A DNA stretch of 64,000 nucleotides from NCBI GenBank assembly GCA_965112155.1, contig OZ218098.1. One strand, written 5' to 3'. The DNA comes from Podarcis liolepis (Eukaryota). This document shows positions 61,379-64,000 of the stretch, piece after piece. A program made the translations under genes and the position numbers. The notes under the pieces are model-generated. The model saw nothing but the letters and a program-made list of their open reading frames with translations, did not search any database and had not been told where the DNA came from. The number at the start of each line of letters is the position of its first letter. The first letter of the stretch is position 1.

Positions 61379-64000
61379 CTGTTTAAACAAAACCAAATTA
61401 GGAACATTAAGAGCATGCTTCAAAGGGGAGTCAGAAACTGAAGTCCTATTCTCTTTCAAAACTACTTTTTATTGCACCTTCACTAGTGACAACTAATTGT
61501 ACATCTTTATGAGTGACAGTCTATCATCACACACCCCTTAAAAAAAAAATCACTCTTGATTCAAACATTTTTTCTTTTTCTATTTTGTTATTTTTCTAGC
61601 AGAGGGTTACTAGAAGTCAGCAGCTCTGCATTGGAGCAAGGAGGGGGGCAGCATGGCAGTGCTTTCTTCCTGGCAACAATATACCGACCAGGACAGGGAT
61701 GGGGCAGGGAAAGGTGGTACCAAGGCCAGGAATACTTTGGGTTGGTGGCAAGAGCCTAACAACTTTCTTTCCAATATGCTAGCTTTGCACATATTCCAAA
61801 GAGTTCCAAAAGTTTCTACCCATTCAAGTACAAATAATCATAGTACTTGGTGTTAGCCCAGAAGTGGTGGTACAAAACAGTTAGTAACTTGGGAGAGTTA
61901 CATCATGGAGAGTGGAGTGATAAATGAATGGAACCAATGCACTTCAGCAGAAAGAACTAGCATTTTGTACAAGTATAGCACCAAATATGATCTGTCGTGA
62001 TTCACTGTTGACCGCTCAAACTGTTGAATGATGTCAAAGGAAGCAGCACACAGTATGGGTCTTACAGGAAAGATGGCACAAGGCTATCAAACCAAACAAA
62101 CAAATGTTTCCCCTAGTGTTTTTTCTTTGCTGGCATACAATCAGAATTAAGTCTGTCTAAATAACCTGTTAAGAGCCCAGGAACCTTCTACACAATATGT
62201 CTTCTGTTTACAATGATAGTAAGGCAATCCATGACATTCCCTAGGATTTCTCTCCTCAGCAAATGCAAACAAACATTAGGAAATATTTAACTCTTTAGTA
62301 ACAAGGGCCATATGATTTCCTGCTTCAAGGTGCTAAAGGCCATTCCTGTCAACAGCAGGTCACCTTAATCTGGCAGCTCCTTGGAAATAGGTCACTTTCT
62401 ATGTAAAGGTCTCATGAACTGTGGGTCACATTATATTGCAGCTGACTAAAACGTATACAAATAAAAAAAGGTTTTGTGAATGAGAAGAAGCAAATTTGTT
62501 TCTGCTCCTCTTTAAAACAAATAAGAAGGGGTGGGCTAAAGTTACTATTTAATCTGGTGTTGCAATGGCGTGAACTTTTAAGATGTCAAAATGCACTGAA
62601 GTCTAGCAAGCAAAATGGTACCTAACCTTCCTAGGAGACTCAGAGGAAGCTTATGTCATTGTTGAGCATACCGTTCGAAATTGCTACATTGACTGGCCAT
62701 AGCTAGTTAGTACATCATACACAAGACTAGACTGTTTTGTACAACCTTGGCTTTGGTTGAGTGCAGCTGCTGCCATGCACAGAATCAGACTTTTATGCTC
62801 CTGGCCAGGATGCCAAAGTGTGCGGTTGCTTCCCAAGTACTTCTGAGCATCAATTATGTGATCAGACTACATGGTGCATTATTTTAATGAAAATGATTAG
62901 ACAGGTAAGGCAGATTGATGAAAGAGAAAAGATACATCTATCTTTCCCTACCTCACAGAATGGCACACAACAGTTTAAGTCCATTGCTGAATGCAAGAGG
63001 CTAAAAGGTCACAGAGCATACTGCACAAACATCTCCCGCAGCAAGTTACAGAAGCAAAACACCCACCAGGGCAGTTTAGATAAATGGCCAGTTAAAACAT
63101 GCAGGAGCAATGCCAGGATCGGCCTCAGGCTCACCCAAGTCTGCAACCATACAGAGACAGTTCCACAGGAACTGGCACCAGATAAAATACCTATTTTTTC
63201 CCCTCCAGGTTTTTGTGCATATGGGCAGCAAGAAACTGAGCCACCCTGTATTGTTTTCGTAAACAGATTAAGTGATTCATATTTGAGATTTTATTTATTT
63301 ATTTTATGTTTCTATCTGAATGTGACCCATCCCAAGATCACTTACAATTAAGGGCAGGGCAGGATATAAATCTTACAAATAAAAAAAAAATTCACAAGCA
63401 GCTACATGGGGCTGCTCTGGCACCCATGATCACGGAAGCACTTAGAATTGCTGCAACCCTGCATGTGCTTGCTAGCTCACACAGCCTTATCTCCATGTTG
63501 TAGCTTGTGTGCTCAGCCAAAGGTTATGAACTAGCCTCCTAAACTTAATCTAAAAACAGTCCACTCTCAAAAATACCCTACCAAAGGGAGCCCCTACTAC
63601 TGGAAGTATGTATCTCTTTTCAGATACAGATGTTGGTTCCAACCCATGAAGTGAAAGTCTCTTAACACTCTGCACTTGTTCTGATTGTTGTGTTCACTCC
63701 TGAAAACCTGGTGAGTTGAACCTAAACAAATATGAATCCTCACATCTTTGGTAATCTCATGAACACTGCTAGCCTGTTGTGTCAAGATTTGAAAATACGA
63801 GACCTGAAAGCAACAAACCTACTTTCAGATCTTTTGTTGGACTATGACATAAGGGAAGGCTCATTAGATGTTTAAGGTTGCACTGGATACATACACAGGC
63901 CAGGTTGAGTAACACTGGTTGAGTGTTTCTAATTTTGAAACAATCAATCACATATTTATTTATTTTTCTGAAAGGATAAATACTGCTCCTTACATTGCAA

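Noticed and set aside
62761-63351. 196-aa plus-strand ORF
   Set aside because: GTG start, antisense within a TFCP2L1 intron, no recognisable domain, runs into a repeat tail
61400-64000. Search for the next upstream TFCP2L1 exon (PKGADRKQKTDREK…)
   Set aside because: Not found in the window; the region is treated as intron

Overview
Eukaryotic (vertebrate) genomic DNA. The repeat families (tRNA-derived and CORE-type SINEs, RTE, CR1, L2, L1, Penelope, hAT and Tc1/mariner MITEs, solo LTRs) point to a squamate, probably a lacertid lizard (inference). The right end holds the last 8 coding exons of TFCP2L1 on the minus strand (61378 down to stop at 52150; all GT-AG, phases join in frame), plus a probable ~3.5 kb 3'UTR. 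The left ~48 kb has no intact gene. It appears to hide a heavily decayed, multi-exon cadherin-related (CDHR3/CDHR4-like) unitary pseudogene on the minus strand (~33.1 kb to ~2.5 kb), recognised by eye from splice sites and frameshifted cadherin motifs and needing confirmation by alignment. Other highlights: a young Penelope-like insertion with a 100-bp perfect inverted pLTR carrying two minimal hammerhead ribozymes; a solo LTR that is mostly a 194-aa ORF; a mariner-type MITE inside a TFCP2L1 5' splice site; a 134-bp perfect AT-rich palindrome inside another solo LTR; and a hAT MITE carrying telomeric TTAGGG repeats. No prokaryotic features or CRISPR arrays.
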